A DNA stretch of 64,000 nt from Ophelia neglecta (lineage: Eukaryota). Position 1 is the first letter of the stretch; each line of letters starts with the position of its first letter. Of the stretch, positions 33,860 through 47,576 are shown piece by piece. The notes beneath the pieces are model-generated. The model saw only the letters and a program-made list of their open reading frames with translations, was not told where the DNA came from and did no database searches. The translations under genes were made by a program, and so were the position numbers. The stretch lies in contig OZ260662.1 in NCBI GenBank assembly GCA_965285935.1, positions 110,298,001 to 110,362,000 on the forward strand. The letters run 5' to 3'.

Positions 33860-36800
33860 GTCAAGAGGCTGATGTTAGAGTTCCTACTCCTAGCAGCGGT
33901 GTATAATTTCAACTAAAGCAATTACTGTCTGAAATTAGGAGCCAAAGGGAAGAGGTGTCGGCATTGTGCGAGGAGGTACAGGGTGCGTCGTTCAACGTTT
34001 CAACTGAAGCTAAAAGGCTGAAGACTGAGAAAGACATAGCTTGGAAACATCAAGGCAACATTATTCGGTACGACTTCTACTGCTAGGTGGACGAGCTGGA
34101 AAAACAGACCAGCTGGGAGTTGCATCCTTCCATACAAGACTATTGTAAAGAGCTTTTAAAGTCAAGCGGCGTTAGTTAGACACTATGAGAGTAACCCTGA
34201 GGCCAGCGATAGTGAGAACGAGTCCAAGATTGTCAAGGCCGAGAACAAAGCTCTACGAAGGAAGAAGGCAACACGTGGTAGGACCAGTTCGGCCACTACA
34301 AACCGTAGCACTTTACCTAGTGCTGCTTTCATGTCAGCACAAGAAAGGCCATGGGGACCGACCAAATCATTTAGAGCTTTGCCTGCAGCGAATTCTTGCA
34401 TTTCCGTCGGGATTGTCCATACGTCAAGCCAGCCACCAGCAACAAGACTGGGACAGGAAAGTGAAGAACCCACTTTAAAAGATGAGTACAATACAGAACA
34501 GTTTACACATGAAAATTTCGAATACAAGCAAGGTCAGAAACAGATTATTGTTAAGAGTAGGCTTAGAGAATATGTTGGGTTCTGGCGCGATATAGGCGCA
34601 TCTTATTTCATATTTTATATCATTTAACACGGTTATAAATTACCTTTCTTTTCCAAGCCCCCTACAGTTTTACCTCGAACAACAGGTAGGCCTCGCTGAA
34701 TAGAGAATTTGTAAGCGAGGCCATTCATGAGTTATTGATCCAAGGCCTAATCCAGCAGTGTGAAGAGAAACCCATTATTGTAAACCCCTTAACAGTCTCG
34801 GAACAAAGTTCTGGGAAGAAACGACTGACCCTAGACCTTCGACAAGTTAACAAACACCTGTGGAAACGGTCTGTGAAGTTTGATGTTCTACCCATAGTTT
34901 TATAATTGGTCCAAAAGGGCCACTACATGGTAAAATTTGATATTAACAGCGCGTAACCTTTTTATAGACATTTTTGGTCCTCATACAAAGTATCAGTGGT
35001 TTGCTTGGGTAAACCCCAAATGAAAATTAAATTATTACAAATTTTTAGTTCTTCCATTCGGTCGTGCCCTATCCTACTGTCAAACCGAGTCACTGGCTTT
35101 CAAAGTTAGGTAAGATTTGATTTTATCAGGTTTAGTTCCAAATGCCGAGAAGTGTGTTTGGGACCCAGTCCAAAATTTGACAATATAAGGTGCGGCGATC
35201 AATACTATTGAGGGTACCAGTGCTGTCGCGTCCCATAGGATGTCGGGGGCACTTGTTACCATACAAGAACTATTGCAGGCTCTGAAAACTCACAGAGGAG
35301 CTCCTGTAAGAAATGTGCCAGGGTGGTAGAACAGATTATTTTCATGGCCCTGGTAATTGGTGATGTTACTCAAATAATGACCCGTTATCTCGGCTTAAAC
35401 ATCTTGAATGCAAAGACTTGGGATTCCTTCATTGCATTGTCATCAGAAAGTTTAGAGCATGTTCGGCTTTGTCATCAAAATTTGAGGTCGACAATCAGAG
35501 ACCATTGTTCGATTCATACAAGAGTCTAAAATAGTCTATTCAGATCCCAGTCATTCATGATTTGCCGTGTATGAGGTTAACACGTTAAACGAAATTTCTC
35601 ACGGCATGTGGACTCCTTCCGAGAGCCTAAGATCTTCCACCTGGCGAGAGTAAGCAGCCGTCCAGAGAGTGTTAAAAGTCCTTGTCCCAGAAATTGTCTT
35701 ATCAAACTGTAAAAGGCTGTCGATTCTATTGTCATAAAAGGCTCAATGATTAAAGATTTGCAGGTTATAGCAATAAGTATTTGCAAAATTTGCATGCTTC
35801 ACTGCATTAAATAGGAGCCGGAGTGGATCCCTAGATCAGAAAACGATAAAGCGAATTATCTGTCAAGACAAGTAGACCATGACGACTGGGGAATATCTAT
35901 TGAAACATTCAATTTGGTGGTTCGAAATTTTGCAAAGCCTACTTTAGACTGGTTTTCGTCGGGACACAATACAAAATTGCCGAAATTTTATTCGAAATTC
36001 TTGAATCTTTCAAGTTAAGGTATAGATGCTTTTCACTGAGGCCTGACATACAGAACTTGGCCTTTTTGTCCCGCCAGTATCACTTATAAGCAGCTTAATA
36101 AGGAAAATGAAAGCAGGCAAAGCAAAGGGGATCTTAGTAATCCCTGCCTGGACATCAGCAATTTTTTGGCCCGCAATTTGTCCCAACGGTTGCTTTATAA
36201 GTTCAGTTATGAGCTGGATTGATGTGCCAACAGGCAGGCATAACAATAGTACCTGCAGGAACGGAATGGGCAAATTTGGTAATATAGAATTGAAAGTTAA
36301 GACGCTCGCCCTAAAATTAGAGTGTTAAAGCTGGAACGGCTTTAAGCACAAACAGAATTTATACTGAAGTTGGTTGTGTGATTGGGCAATTGATTCGGCT
36401 TAATAGCACTGGCTATACAGAAGCCTGACGAGACAGCCTTGTCATTGTTTAGAGCAGCACTGGCTGAACTTACATTTCTACAGCTTATTTGTTACGAACG
36501 CTTGGCAACTTTGCAGCGTTGTACGTTTATAGTAATGGTAGCGAGTGAGCTAGTTTGATAGATCACTGTCAATACATTGTAAATAGAGTACAACACTGTC
36601 TAGTAGCCATATATTCCTTGTTATAAATTTCTTTTTTCCGTCTCACAAGGAGGCGATAGATGCGCTACCAGAGATGTTGGCGGACAAAGTGGACCTTACC
36701 AGACGCACTTTTAAAATCTAGAGCAGCAAACAACAGCCGGAAGTACCAAAGCGGTTTTGAGCGGTGGAAAAAATGGGCTGGAGCCAAGGGTTTGGGATCC

Positions 36801-37875
36801 AGGGTCATGTTCCCCTCAAGGAGCTTCTGGTAGCAATTTATTTATTGTCTTTGATACAAGTGCTAATTCTCTAAGTTAAGTAGTTTCAGCTTTTTATCCT
36901 ATTAAATGGTTCCATGATTTGTTCGGTGTTGCATCACCAACTGACTCGAAAATGGCAATTAATGTGTTAGAATCAGCAAAGAGAACGTTAGCAAAACCGG
37001 TAAAAATGAAAGATCCAATTACTTTAGACATACTTATGGCTACGTACTCAAAATTGTATAAAGAAGGCAATTTAAAAACATTTGCGCCTGTTTGTTAGAT
37101 TACGCTGGATTTTTACGCAGTGCAAAATTGTTAAATATAAGGGTGTCAGATTTAACAATTGAGCAAAATTACTTGTCAAATTTTCTGGAAACTGCCAAGA
37201 CGGACAAATAGAAACCGTTCACCGATCATGATCGCTAGAACTGGAACCTTTTTATGTCCTGTGATTAATTTAGAACGGATACTTATATGGTCTTGGTTGA
37301 AAGGTGATGAATATCAGTTTTGCAATTTAAGCGCAACTAAAGAGGGCTTTTTAAGTACGAATAGATAACTAAAGAATGTTTTAATCCAACCCCAGAGAGC
37401 AATTTAGATAAGCTTTAAGTTCTCATGTCGCTGACATCTCCCAATATTGTTTACATGTACAGAGGTCTGGCGGCGCTTCCGCCGCAGCAAACAATGAGAT
37501 AAGAGATCGTCTGTTTAGCGGCAAGGTCGCTGGTTGAGTGACAAGCGAGAGATGAGTATGTAAAAGACAACTTGGAGGAGGGATTAAAGGTATCTATGTC
37601 ATTAGGCTAATAAGAGAATCTGTTTATACCCATATTAAAGGTATTTATCCCGTTCTTTTTGTCTTCAGCGGTGGTCAAGTGCTTACGACCACGAACAAAC
37701 CATAACCATAGTTCTGTTATTACTGGGGCGAGGGCGACTAAGGTGTTAGGGAAATAGGGGGAATCCACGCGTTGCAAACTGTTATGCTCTGATGCAGCTC
37801 TACTTTCTTTGATATTTCAGCTATCAATGTGTTGAATATCGTATAATGGGTGGTTGTTGGACCACAAACAAAAAT
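33860..37875 (+). mobile_element. Decayed tyrosine-recombinase retrotransposon (Ngaro/DIRS group)
   Basis: gag-like (WKHQGN; YESNPEASDSENESKIVKAE); RT (GYKLPF; VNPLTVSEQSSGKKRLTLDLR; FLVLPFG, YxDD region missing); RNase H (SSTWRE; EWIPRSENDKANYLSR); methyltransferase-like (FVPPVSLI; LVIPAWTSAIFWP); YR (YAGFLR; RSGGASAAAN); many stops and frameshifts. Confidence 0.85.
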
Positions 37876-38140
37876 GCCTAAGCATGTTCAAGCTTCGAGC
37901 ATCAACCTAAGTGGTACACCAAAAGTCAATTGAGCTGTGGCTTTGTTAATCTGTTAATCAACTTTCTAATCCTTCACTCAGATTTCCAGAGTTCCCAATG
38001 GTCTTACCATTTGCAGACAGAATTTGCATTCAATGCCTACTTTCAGTCAAGAATGCCTGATCAGTGTACTAAATTTATAGCAAATTTTAGCTAGAACTCT
38101 TAATAACAAACAAAAATGCGGAAGTGTGTCCATTAGCATT

Positions 38141-38383
38141 AGAGACATACCATTAGAAATAAGGGTGGCAGTGAGGGGGGGGGAGGAGGGTTGAAAAGGG
38201 GGAGAAATATTGAAGGGGGTCGCTTGGAGTCCTTTTTTTGAAAACTTCTTATATCCAACTTTTTTGTTGACTTGGATCCAGCTTTTTCCCGCAAAATACA
38301 AGTCCATAATGAAGATTGTCCTTTTTTATTCAAAAATCTTCTTCTGCTCCCAGCCCACCTTCAATTTCTTAATGGCAGCCCCT
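38141..38383. mobile_element. Degenerate Harbinger-like MITE
   Basis: AGAGACATACCATTAGAAATAAGGGTGG at left versus the reverse complement of the right end, AGGGGCTGCCATTAAGAAATTGAAGGTGG; architecture like 872-1154. Confidence 0.45.
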
Positions 38384-39249
38384 TTAGTACTGGACGAAAT
38401 TAAGGGAGGTATAGAACAGGGGGGTCGTGAACTCTACCAAGAAGTGGTCTCGGGTTCAAGCCCTCCGCTTTTCCTAGGGAGAGTTCTTAAAACTCTCGAC
38501 AGTAATCTACAGAATTAAGCGCCGTGTACCAGAACAGGGACCCGTGGGTTCGAGCGGCGTTTATCATACCCCAATATACACTTAACTGGAAGGTGATAAA
38601 TTATGATCTAGCCTTTAAACACACCACGTTCACTTAGGTGTATCATAGTGTACCGCACACAGTGTGCGGGGTGTCCCGCGAGATTGTGTCCATTACCTGA
38701 TACTCGGGTGACACGTCAGCTCTTTGGGTCCGACGCATACTTGTTTATACAGTGTCGTTGTAATGTGAAGGCTCAGGATATCATATATGTGAGTTGGCTA
38801 GTCAAGAAACGTTACTTACCATACATTATATTATGGTGTTTCGCAGATCTAAGCTCGTTTTACAGCTTACATTCGGCTGAATAGTACACGTGATTCTCAA
38901 TGCCTGAATCGGTCAACATACATGGCTGTACCTCATTTGGCACCTGGTACACGTAGTGGTCACGAACCAATGACTTCAGGCTTGGAGAAACACTCTTTCA
39001 ACATGGTCATGCAACGCTCCTTTGGAACCGACAATACCTGATGTTATGTTGATGCCCTCGGAACGCTAACGTTACGTTACCAGAAAACAATATTGTCCGA
39101 GGGAATTTACACCGATGACCATTGTTTTCTGGTTATGTAGCCTTCCGAGATTTTTGACTTATGTAAAATCAGCTCAGAGGCATCAATGCTTCATTACCTG
39201 AAAGTAATGTAGCGTCAAGACAATGGAAAAAACAAACAGTAAATTTTAC

Positions 39250-39482
39250 NNNNNNNNNNNNNNNNNNNNNNNNNNNNNNNNNNNNNNNNNNNNNNNNNNN
39301 NNNNNNNNNNNNNNNNNNNNNNNNNNNNNNNNNNNNNNNNNNNNNNNNNNNNNNNNNNNNNNNNNNNNNNNNNNNNNNNNNNNNNNNNNNNNNNNNNNNN
39401 NNNNNNNNNNNNNNNNNNNNNNNNNNNNNNNNNNNNNNNNNNNNNNNNNNNNNNNNNNNNNNNNNNNNNNNNNNNNNNNNNN
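39250..39482. other. Assembly gap (N run)
   Basis: 233 N. Confidence 1.
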
Positions 39483-42400
39483 AAAAATACTTTATTTCAT
39501 TTGCTCTTCTCAACTTGGTTGGCATCCTTTTTTTTGCACTTATATTTTTAGTTATCATCATCACCAATGCAACACTACTAGTACCTTACTATTGCTGTAA
39601 ACCCTTTTATTTTGCAGCCCATAATATTCACAGTTTTGAAACTCAACTTATGTTGCTTCCCTTTAATTTTTCATTTCAGGGCTACCCTAAATAGACCTAC
39701 TGGTGAAGATTTTCAAAATATAGGGTGCATGAAAATTAAGGGTTAAGAGTATTCCGAATTTTACTCGACCAACTTCATCGAATCTTTTTCTGTTTTCGTG
39801 TATCAGTATATAATAATTAATTCTCGCTTGTTAGTTTTAGGATGTATTATTATTTATAGATAACATCCCAGATTTTCCCATAAGTTGTAATGATGTCTCT
39901 TATACTTTTAATAATATTTGCAAGGAAAAGTACTGATGTTTGAGGAAACAACAAAGTGTTGTAAATTTCGTGATTACCGTAAAATTTTAACAAATTTCCT
40001 GCTTGTTAAACTTTCTAACTTAAAGAATGAAAACTTTGATCAGATTTCTGATTTAATGAAAACTTACATTGCAAGTTAGCATGTATTTCTCTATCAACTG
40101 ACTGATAGACTCCAACCCATGAAGATTTATTGAATTACCATCAAACAATTATTCACATTGGCTGATGAAGTACATAAACTGGTATATGATTAACCCGGGT
40201 ACCATAAATACCTGCTCACACTTTAATTAAAAATGGCACTCCTAGTGGGGGGTAACATTTTCACTTTGGCAACAAGAGTGTTACCCACCAAAAGCCAGTA
40301 GTAATAAAAGCACAAGGAACCTTGTGCTGTATCATCGTTATACACCTACTATATGCTAATTTTACTCAGGTCCAAACAACAAAAGATGTCTTTAACATGT
40401 TAATATGCATGCAAACCCAGTTTGCTGGGGTACTTTGCCTTAATAGTTTATTTGTATGGAAAAATAATCTGCATAGTAACAATTATTACAATGATCAGAC
40501 CACTTACAACTTGACAATAAAAACTAAATATATAAAGAATAATATAGTTTTAAAATGTACATGAAATTAACATTTTCTTGATAGTAGAAGAGTAACATGA
40601 ACAAATGGTGACCGGCCAGCCGGCCTATACTGCAGTGGTAAGATGTTAACATATTCAAATACAATAACATACATTATCGTTAGTATACAATATAAAGTTA
40701 AACAAACTAGTTATGTTATTACTAGTTTCTAGGGCACAAAACTTATTAGCATTTCAGCCAATAATAATTAAACTGGAGGATAATTTCTTTTGGTAAAACA
40801 TATAAGGACTTTTCCAGAATATGTTCTCTGGTGGGGTGAGAAGCAAATATTTCATGTCCGGAGGTGGAAGTCCATGTCGAAAGGGGTTGATTCAGAAATA
40901 TTATGCTCCTCACCCCTCTCTGAGGACAAACTCTGGGAAAGGCCTTTAACTTAAGTAAATAAATTATGCATAGGTACATAGAATAATTATATAAATAAAG
41001 TTGATTACTTAAATGTGCAAGCTAAAAACAAATTTATGTGTAGCCCAGCAGCACATTATATAGTAGAAATACCCGTAACCCAAACATATCTAACTTCATA
41101 GATAATGCATAATAGTACATCTCTCACCTAACAGGTAACACTAACCAACATGTATCTCAAAAAACACAAGCCCCCCACCAATAAAAAGAGTGAGTCTGTC
41201 GCAAAATCCCTATTGGTAATGTCAGAGCTAGGGTAGGATATCCCCTCCCCCCCCCCCAAAAAAATAAAAATCATATTTGCTCCCCCACCCCCGTCTTAGA
41301 ATTGTCTGTAATGGCAAAAAAGGCAACAAAAAATTCGATTATTTTTGCCAATCACATTTCTCATTGCTATGGCAACTAAATATATTCAAATGTCTACCAA
41401 AAACCAAATCACATCATGTTAGGCCTACAACCATTCCTCCTTCTCAATTTCAGCCCCATAGCTAAAACATTTTCTTGTTAACCAGCTTTTCACAGTGCTA
41501 TATAGGAAGTAGTAAAGGCACTGGAGTGCCTCAACCTATCTGGTACAAATAGGGTCAGTCTGGGATGATGTAATAATTCTAGTTCAGCCTGCTAGCAAGG
41601 AGGTGACAGCACCGCATACCAATAGTCTGCACTTGAATGTGGGGCTAGACTACAGATTAGCAGCGGTTCCATGTTCATTGCAAAACCTGTAGCTATCACA
41701 CAAATGTGAAATTTACCTGAATGTTAAGCCCTCTAAAATGTTAATCATCCCTGAAAGTTTTGTTTTAATTACTTCAACAAGCACTAACTAAGGGCTTTTA
41801 AAACATCATTCCCATGTTAAATTCCCATATGAACAGCTGAAAGTAGCCCCACTTATCCCAGCCTTACCAGTGCCTTTTAATTGCAATCAGCTTTGGAGGT
41901 AAGAAAAGTGTTTGTTGGTCAGCAGTATGAAACATATCCGACTGGTCCTATTGTTCCCATGCCTGTAAACTTTATATGGGATATGGTTACTGTGGGCCTT
42001 ATGGTTGCAAAGTTACAGCCAATATATACAGTGGCAGCAGCAGAGGAACTGGCCCAATGCATATCTACCACTTTTTTCATAAAGGGGGGGGGGGGTAAAA
42101 AACTATCCTCCATTAGATGAATACCCGTTTTAACCATAATAATGCATCTGTACCTAATAATTTAAACACCTGTCTTCCAAATTTCCATAATTCTTTACCT
42201 TTTCCATTTAATCATTTGATTACTAACATTGACTGTCTTAAATTAAAACGATTGATTGTTTCATAATAATCTCACCCACTCCACCACCAACGCCCCTAGC
42301 CACACCGGACCCACCCAGCACAAATCCCAATACACTCTATTTTCTAGTTGGCATGGCCGCCTTTCTCCTATTCATGTGTTTCAAATCATACAGCCTATTA

Positions 42401-42499
42401 CTGAAACAAGGAAAATGTAGACCATATATTTGCACTTGCTGCTTTGGACCCCCCCCCCCCCCAACGAATATTGAATGTGACTTTGTACCTAAAAGTTTA

Positions 42500-44475
42500 T
42501 TTGCAATCTGGATCCGGCATTATGCTACAATTAAGCCGCCTCCCCTATGAACCAAATTTGTTCCAATATATTGACGCTCCCGTCTTGGCAGATTTTCAGT
42601 TCAATGTGGTGACCAGAAATTTAACACTTACCTGGGATGGCCCTTTAAAATCTCGCTTACAAGATAAAGATATTAAAATACACCTTCCACCTTCACTTAG
42701 TATTCCCCCAGCCCTCTGGTGTAAGGCTAGATCAGTTCTGACTTCAATAGCTGATGTACATTATGGCCTTTTGATTAAATATTCTGGCGTACCACATTTT
42801 TATCAAATCGACCAGGGTAGTCAACCTGTATTAAGTAAGTCCTTTGATCGGCCAGACAATACAACAATTGACACCCCATATGTCCTGCCAGGCATGACAT
42901 CAATCAATTCACCATCAGCCCCACATGACGCTAGGTTATTAGATAAATCCAACACCACTATACCACCAACAATCACTTTACATTCGTCACTCATTAATGA
43001 CTAGGTATGATATATCCTTCTTTACTTCTATTATATAACTAATGTTGCATTGACCAATCGCATTCCTGTGTATGTGTTACTATTTGAACCTGGCTTTGAT
43101 ATGGTTTGATTTTCTTCCCATTTATTGAGTTAACCATCTAGATGCCACTCCCGCCTCATAAACCCCACATGATGACCGACCGCCCCTCGACCACGACCAA
43201 GGACACCCTCGCACATGTATATCAATAGACCAATCACGATTCGGGAAAAAAGTGCCATTGAATCATTACACTATCAGGATACTCCACATGGATAAATTCA
43301 CAATTTCAGTTAAATATTCAAATGAATTGTATATATTCATGGATCACACGTGATATTCGATGATGTTTTTCAAATATGGACAAATTAATATACTTTCCTC
43401 ATTAACTATTTCATTAAACACAACGAACTTCTTTTCAATATCTACTAGTGGCTGACGTTGTTGTGTCGCCAGGCTATTTTATTTGAGACATATTGATATA
43501 TTATATTTACCTATATTATTATACCTAAAAGATTACTTATTAATTCGGTGTTGTATGTATATTAAATATTAGCAAGATTTTTATTGAATTTAATATGATA
43601 TATAATTTCTAGATTCATTATTCTAAGCTTTACAATACGAATTATCCTACTATAAGTGTTTGATTATCATATTTAAGATTCTTGCATCAATCTATATAGC
43701 ATATACAATTATATGTTATTTCAAATGTTTAGATATTGCTATAATAATTATGAGATGAATCAAAGATGAAAGAAAAATCTCATATAAAAATTATATCCAA
43801 GTTATATCTATAAGAATTATTTCAATCAATATAAATATTATTTTCATTTTACATTACATCTCCTCTTGACGTTTAGTTTTGGTTATTTCTTCTTCAAAAA
43901 TTAATAAGAATCATTTAGATCAACGAGGACGTTGAAATTAAAGCGTAGGGGGGTGTTGTAATTAATAACTATCATTTAACTTTATGCATATTTTGGAAGG
44001 CTAAGATGTCCCCCATTTTAGATGTGATACTTGGCTATAGGCTCGGTCACGACAATGATTAGTCATGATGAACAGGCCTAAGACAAAACAAGTCAAAACA
44101 GATCTATATGATTGATTGCACATCCAAACAAATTAACTTGGAACATGGATATCTAAGTAGTGAAGCCAGTAAACGTCAGGGGGCGAATTTAACTAATTTA
44201 TGCAGTAGTTGAATACGCTTAGAAACATAAATGTTGTTAGTTACGTAGATATAGAATATGTAGGATTATTTAGAAAAAAAGAGAGTTCTTGGTTGCCCTT
44301 GAGAGAGAAAGGACGTGTATAGTTTTCATGCTAGTGCTTGAATAAAACGGATTATAAAATATATTGAAGTTTGGCTGTTTATAAGATCCCCGTGCTACAT
44401 CCCCACCTAATGAGAACTCAACCTATAGTGGTTTCTCTAAATACTGTGAAAGAAACCAACTAAAACTTCACAACA
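42500..44475 (+). mobile_element. 3' remnant of an LTR (Gypsy-like) retrotransposon: ORF remnant (~42500-43004), AT-rich UTR, PPT and 3' LTR (43954-44475)
   Basis: GAGGACG...AAGCGTAGGGGGG purine tract directly before TGTTGTAA; the LTR ends TCACAACA (7/8 inverted match) and contains AATAAA at 44341; no 5' LTR or pol seen. Confidence 0.55.
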
Positions 44476-44634
44476 CAATGTTCAATGATGATTTTATATA
44501 TTCTTTTTCATTTTTCTACTTAATTCCAACTTTCCAATTATAATTCGATTGCATTACAGTGATTTGTAATATTTTTATTTTTGTGTAACAGTAAGTATGC
44601 ACAAGTCTGCCTTTTGAAGGATCAAAACCCTAAC

Positions 44635-44795
44635 CTGACTTAAGATGGGTTGGGGCATAACCAGTTCTATCTGACTTTAGCTGGGGTTGGGGCATAGCTT
44701 GTTTTTTTCTGACTTTAGCGGGGTTGGGGCATATCTGACTTTCAACCTGACTTCAGCGGGGTTGGGAGTAAATGCTTCAGCAGGGTTGGGAGTGT
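44635..44795. repeat. Five degenerate copies of CTGACTT(T/C)AGCGGGGTTGGG(G/A) overlapping an exon end
   Basis: Copies at ~44635, 44671, 44709, 44747 and 44775. Confidence 0.7.
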
Positions 44796-44976
44796 AGGTT
44801 GCCTTGATCATGATGTAGTCTATATCGGCCAATACCATCCATTCCCTGTACAAAAAGTCCGTGTCCGTATATGTGTAATGAACACGGGCCGTACGAAAAG
44901 TATGACGATCCGTGTTCATTGGGAGGACGTGTCTATCTGGTGCAAAAACACGGCTCGCATCAGTGTGCACCGCTTC
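44747..44976 (-). CDS. Exon with a laminin IV type A (perlecan/laminin-like) C-terminal motif; may be a pseudo-exon
   Basis: YREWMVLADIDYIMIKATY matches the laminin-IV motif RE..mVLa.l..ilIrAty; acceptor CTTAG|GAA and donor CAG|GTTGAA. Confidence 0.55.
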
Positions 44977-46806
44977 CTAAGTAGTTTAAAATATAACAAG
45001 CAAGCAATCAATTGTTATGTTCAAACTTTTGATTTTGTGGTAGTAATGACGAATATTATGAAACTTTTTCGAATATATATTTTGATATACAAGCTCCCCA
45101 GTGTTGCGAAAATGACTTTATTACAATCTATAATATTAATATATATATTTTTTTGTAAAACATTAAATTAAAAAAAAAAAAACAATATAAATAATTTCAT
45201 TTAACAGCGTGTAGTGCAAAAGACCCGTAGCAGAGGATACTACTAGCCGTTAATTTTATAAAAGCATGTTTACATTATAGTATATGTGTTTAATGGAAGG
45301 GTCAATTAACTTATCTATTTTTACGAGGCACTGATTAGCAGAATACATTTGCCATATAGAATAAAGACGCGTAGATAATGAATTTTAATAAATTATTTTG
45401 TTCCAATTCCCCAACCCAAGCGTTCCTTTTAGGTAGACAAATTGCCATTAGAGCATGCGCATGGGACTTCAAGGCTAAAAGCATAGCGATGAAGTTCTCG
45501 TGGGCCCTGATAAAGTGTTGCACCGTCTATTCTATTCCTTTGTTATTTGAAAAAGTGTGCTAAATACTATAAGCTTTGGAATTGTTACTATAAGAAAATT
45601 GATTTAATTTTGCCTTCTTCTTTTCTACAACTCCTATTATATCATATGTATTTCATCTATGTATTAATAAATGAAGAGAGCCATAATTGGGGCATTGACA
45701 TAACTGCCAAAAAACACCAGCAATATAGCAAATTTTAGTATTTTTATATGCTATCATGAGGGATTTAATAGTGTTATATATTTTTATGTACATTTAATTT
45801 TAATTGTAACATTTCCACCATATGCGTTGTGATCTGTTTTTATTTTATTTTTAAAACATAACTCGCAATTGGCAGGACCAATATGTTCACATTGGTTGAC
45901 TAATCAATATGTATGTGATTTTGGTTGGCACTTAAGTTAATAGAAGCTGATATTAAAACATTTTATTCCCCAGTCATTTAACATCTGATAAATCGGAACA
46001 ATTTAGTTTTAAGGATGCGATATGCCTAGTTATATAAACAGCATAGGAATATAAATGATGATTTAAGCGAAATATATGCTGTAATAAGCATTCTTACGAA
46101 TAATCAATATCTTAGTGAGACATTTCCCGAAAGTTTAACAGAAGGAAGCAACATAGAAGGATATATAAAATGATACTCTGCAGTTGATATAGTGTCGCCC
46201 TTATTATACGCTACCTGGACGCATTTCAAGCTACAATAGTAGCAACAATTGCATGTTTGTAATTAAGGTGACAGCCTAAATACCAGGGACAATGGCTTGA
46301 AGTTCAAACAAAGGCATTAACTCATCACAACAATGTCCGCTAGAACTAGTAGCTAAGAAATTTTATTATTAGTATCTATCTAAATAAAGTCCTCAGAAAT
46401 TATTTGATCCTTTTACAAAGAATTAGAGCGTAAGGCCCTTATGGTTATCCGGTATAGGGAACAATGTCCCATTTCTGGTTTGCACCTCCGTGATATATGC
46501 CGTACAAGATCACCTTAGTACCTGGATTTCTTCTTGCCTCGAAGACATCTAGGACCTGTGAAAATGATTTAATATATCTTAGCATAAAGTTCAGTCTCTT
46601 TTAAATCGGTCCGAAGCATATATTTTTTAGAAGTAACCCGTTATCTAACTTTAATATGAAATGAACAAATTAGCCACTTTAATAAGTAGTGCTACTATAT
46701 ATTTAATGAAAACAACTGTTCTTTGGTCATGGAAATTAGAATAACGGATTAAATCGAAAGAACCGATGATTTTATAAGATATAAGAATGAATGATGTTGT
46801 ATTTAC

Positions 46807-46898
46807 ATAATTTTCACGGTTGTGTATATTAGTGCCAGATATGTAAAACTGCTGACTTTTATCATCACAGCTATAATCTTGAAGTTCCGTCTTTGATC
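46807..46898 (-). CDS. Putative exon GSKTELQDYSCDDKSQQFYISGTNIHNRENY (possible ricin-type QxF repeat)
   Basis: Strong acceptor TGTTTTTCTGTTATAG|, donor TAT|GTAAAT, phase 1 to 0; in frame with the 44976 exon. Confidence 0.4.
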
Positions 46899-47418
46899 CT
46901 ATAACAGAAAAACACACCACGTTAAACGCATTTTTCTGACATAATTTATCTTACACAAAGTCATTTGGGGCAGGATGGATGGAAGAGTAAATAAGATTGC
47001 ACTTTTTTTGAGAAAAAAATAAGGACGCTTGTATCAGAAAGGAACTTTTGAATCACACATATGTCCCTGACACTCATACAATTTTAGAAGGCCTTAACTT
47101 TATTTTAATTTCCACAAACTGTACAACTAATACCAGCCTATTTGTCTGGAGTCCTGCAGAAACAGTTTTAAAAATTATACGATGTCTGCGTAAGATACTG
47201 CCGACACATACTGTCTATGTCTAATTGATTGTTTAAAAAAAGCCTGCGTCTTATTGATTTGATTCGTGTGACGTTTGACCTATTTCAACAAAGAGGCAAG
47301 TGACGCATTTTGCCAGGGCCCTGGCTGCAGATGTCAGATATCTCCCACCAGATTAGGTCGAACAATTGTGATCCGCAATGCCGACTTAGGTGACGACATC
47401 AAGTGGTAAATTATCTAC

Positions 47419-47576
47419 CAGAACATATATGGCAGGTCACTATCATTAATATGGGAAACCCATTTTCAGCGCACGGGTGATGTGTTAGCCAAGAGTCGTT
47501 CTGTGCGTCCATGTTATTCACATATAAGTAGGCCTTTGTTGAAATCTCCCTTACAGCTGTCCCAGATAATTGCTTT
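47419..47576 (-). CDS. Putative exon, product unknown
   Basis: Acceptor TTTTTTTTATAACGAATAG|, donor G|GTAGAT, open frame of phase 2 to 1. Confidence 0.25.

Noticed and set aside
37660-37875. Split direct repeats of the Ngaro element
   Set aside because: Only GACCAC(G/A)AACAAA is duplicated; the 5' A repeat could not be matched, so the terminal structure is not claimed
39080-39132. 12-bp inverted repeat CCAGAAAACAAT/ATTGTTTTCTGG
   Set aside because: Too short and isolated to call a miRNA or MITE; not a bacterial terminator in this context
39169-39600. ORFs spanning X runs
   Set aside because: Artefacts of the N gap
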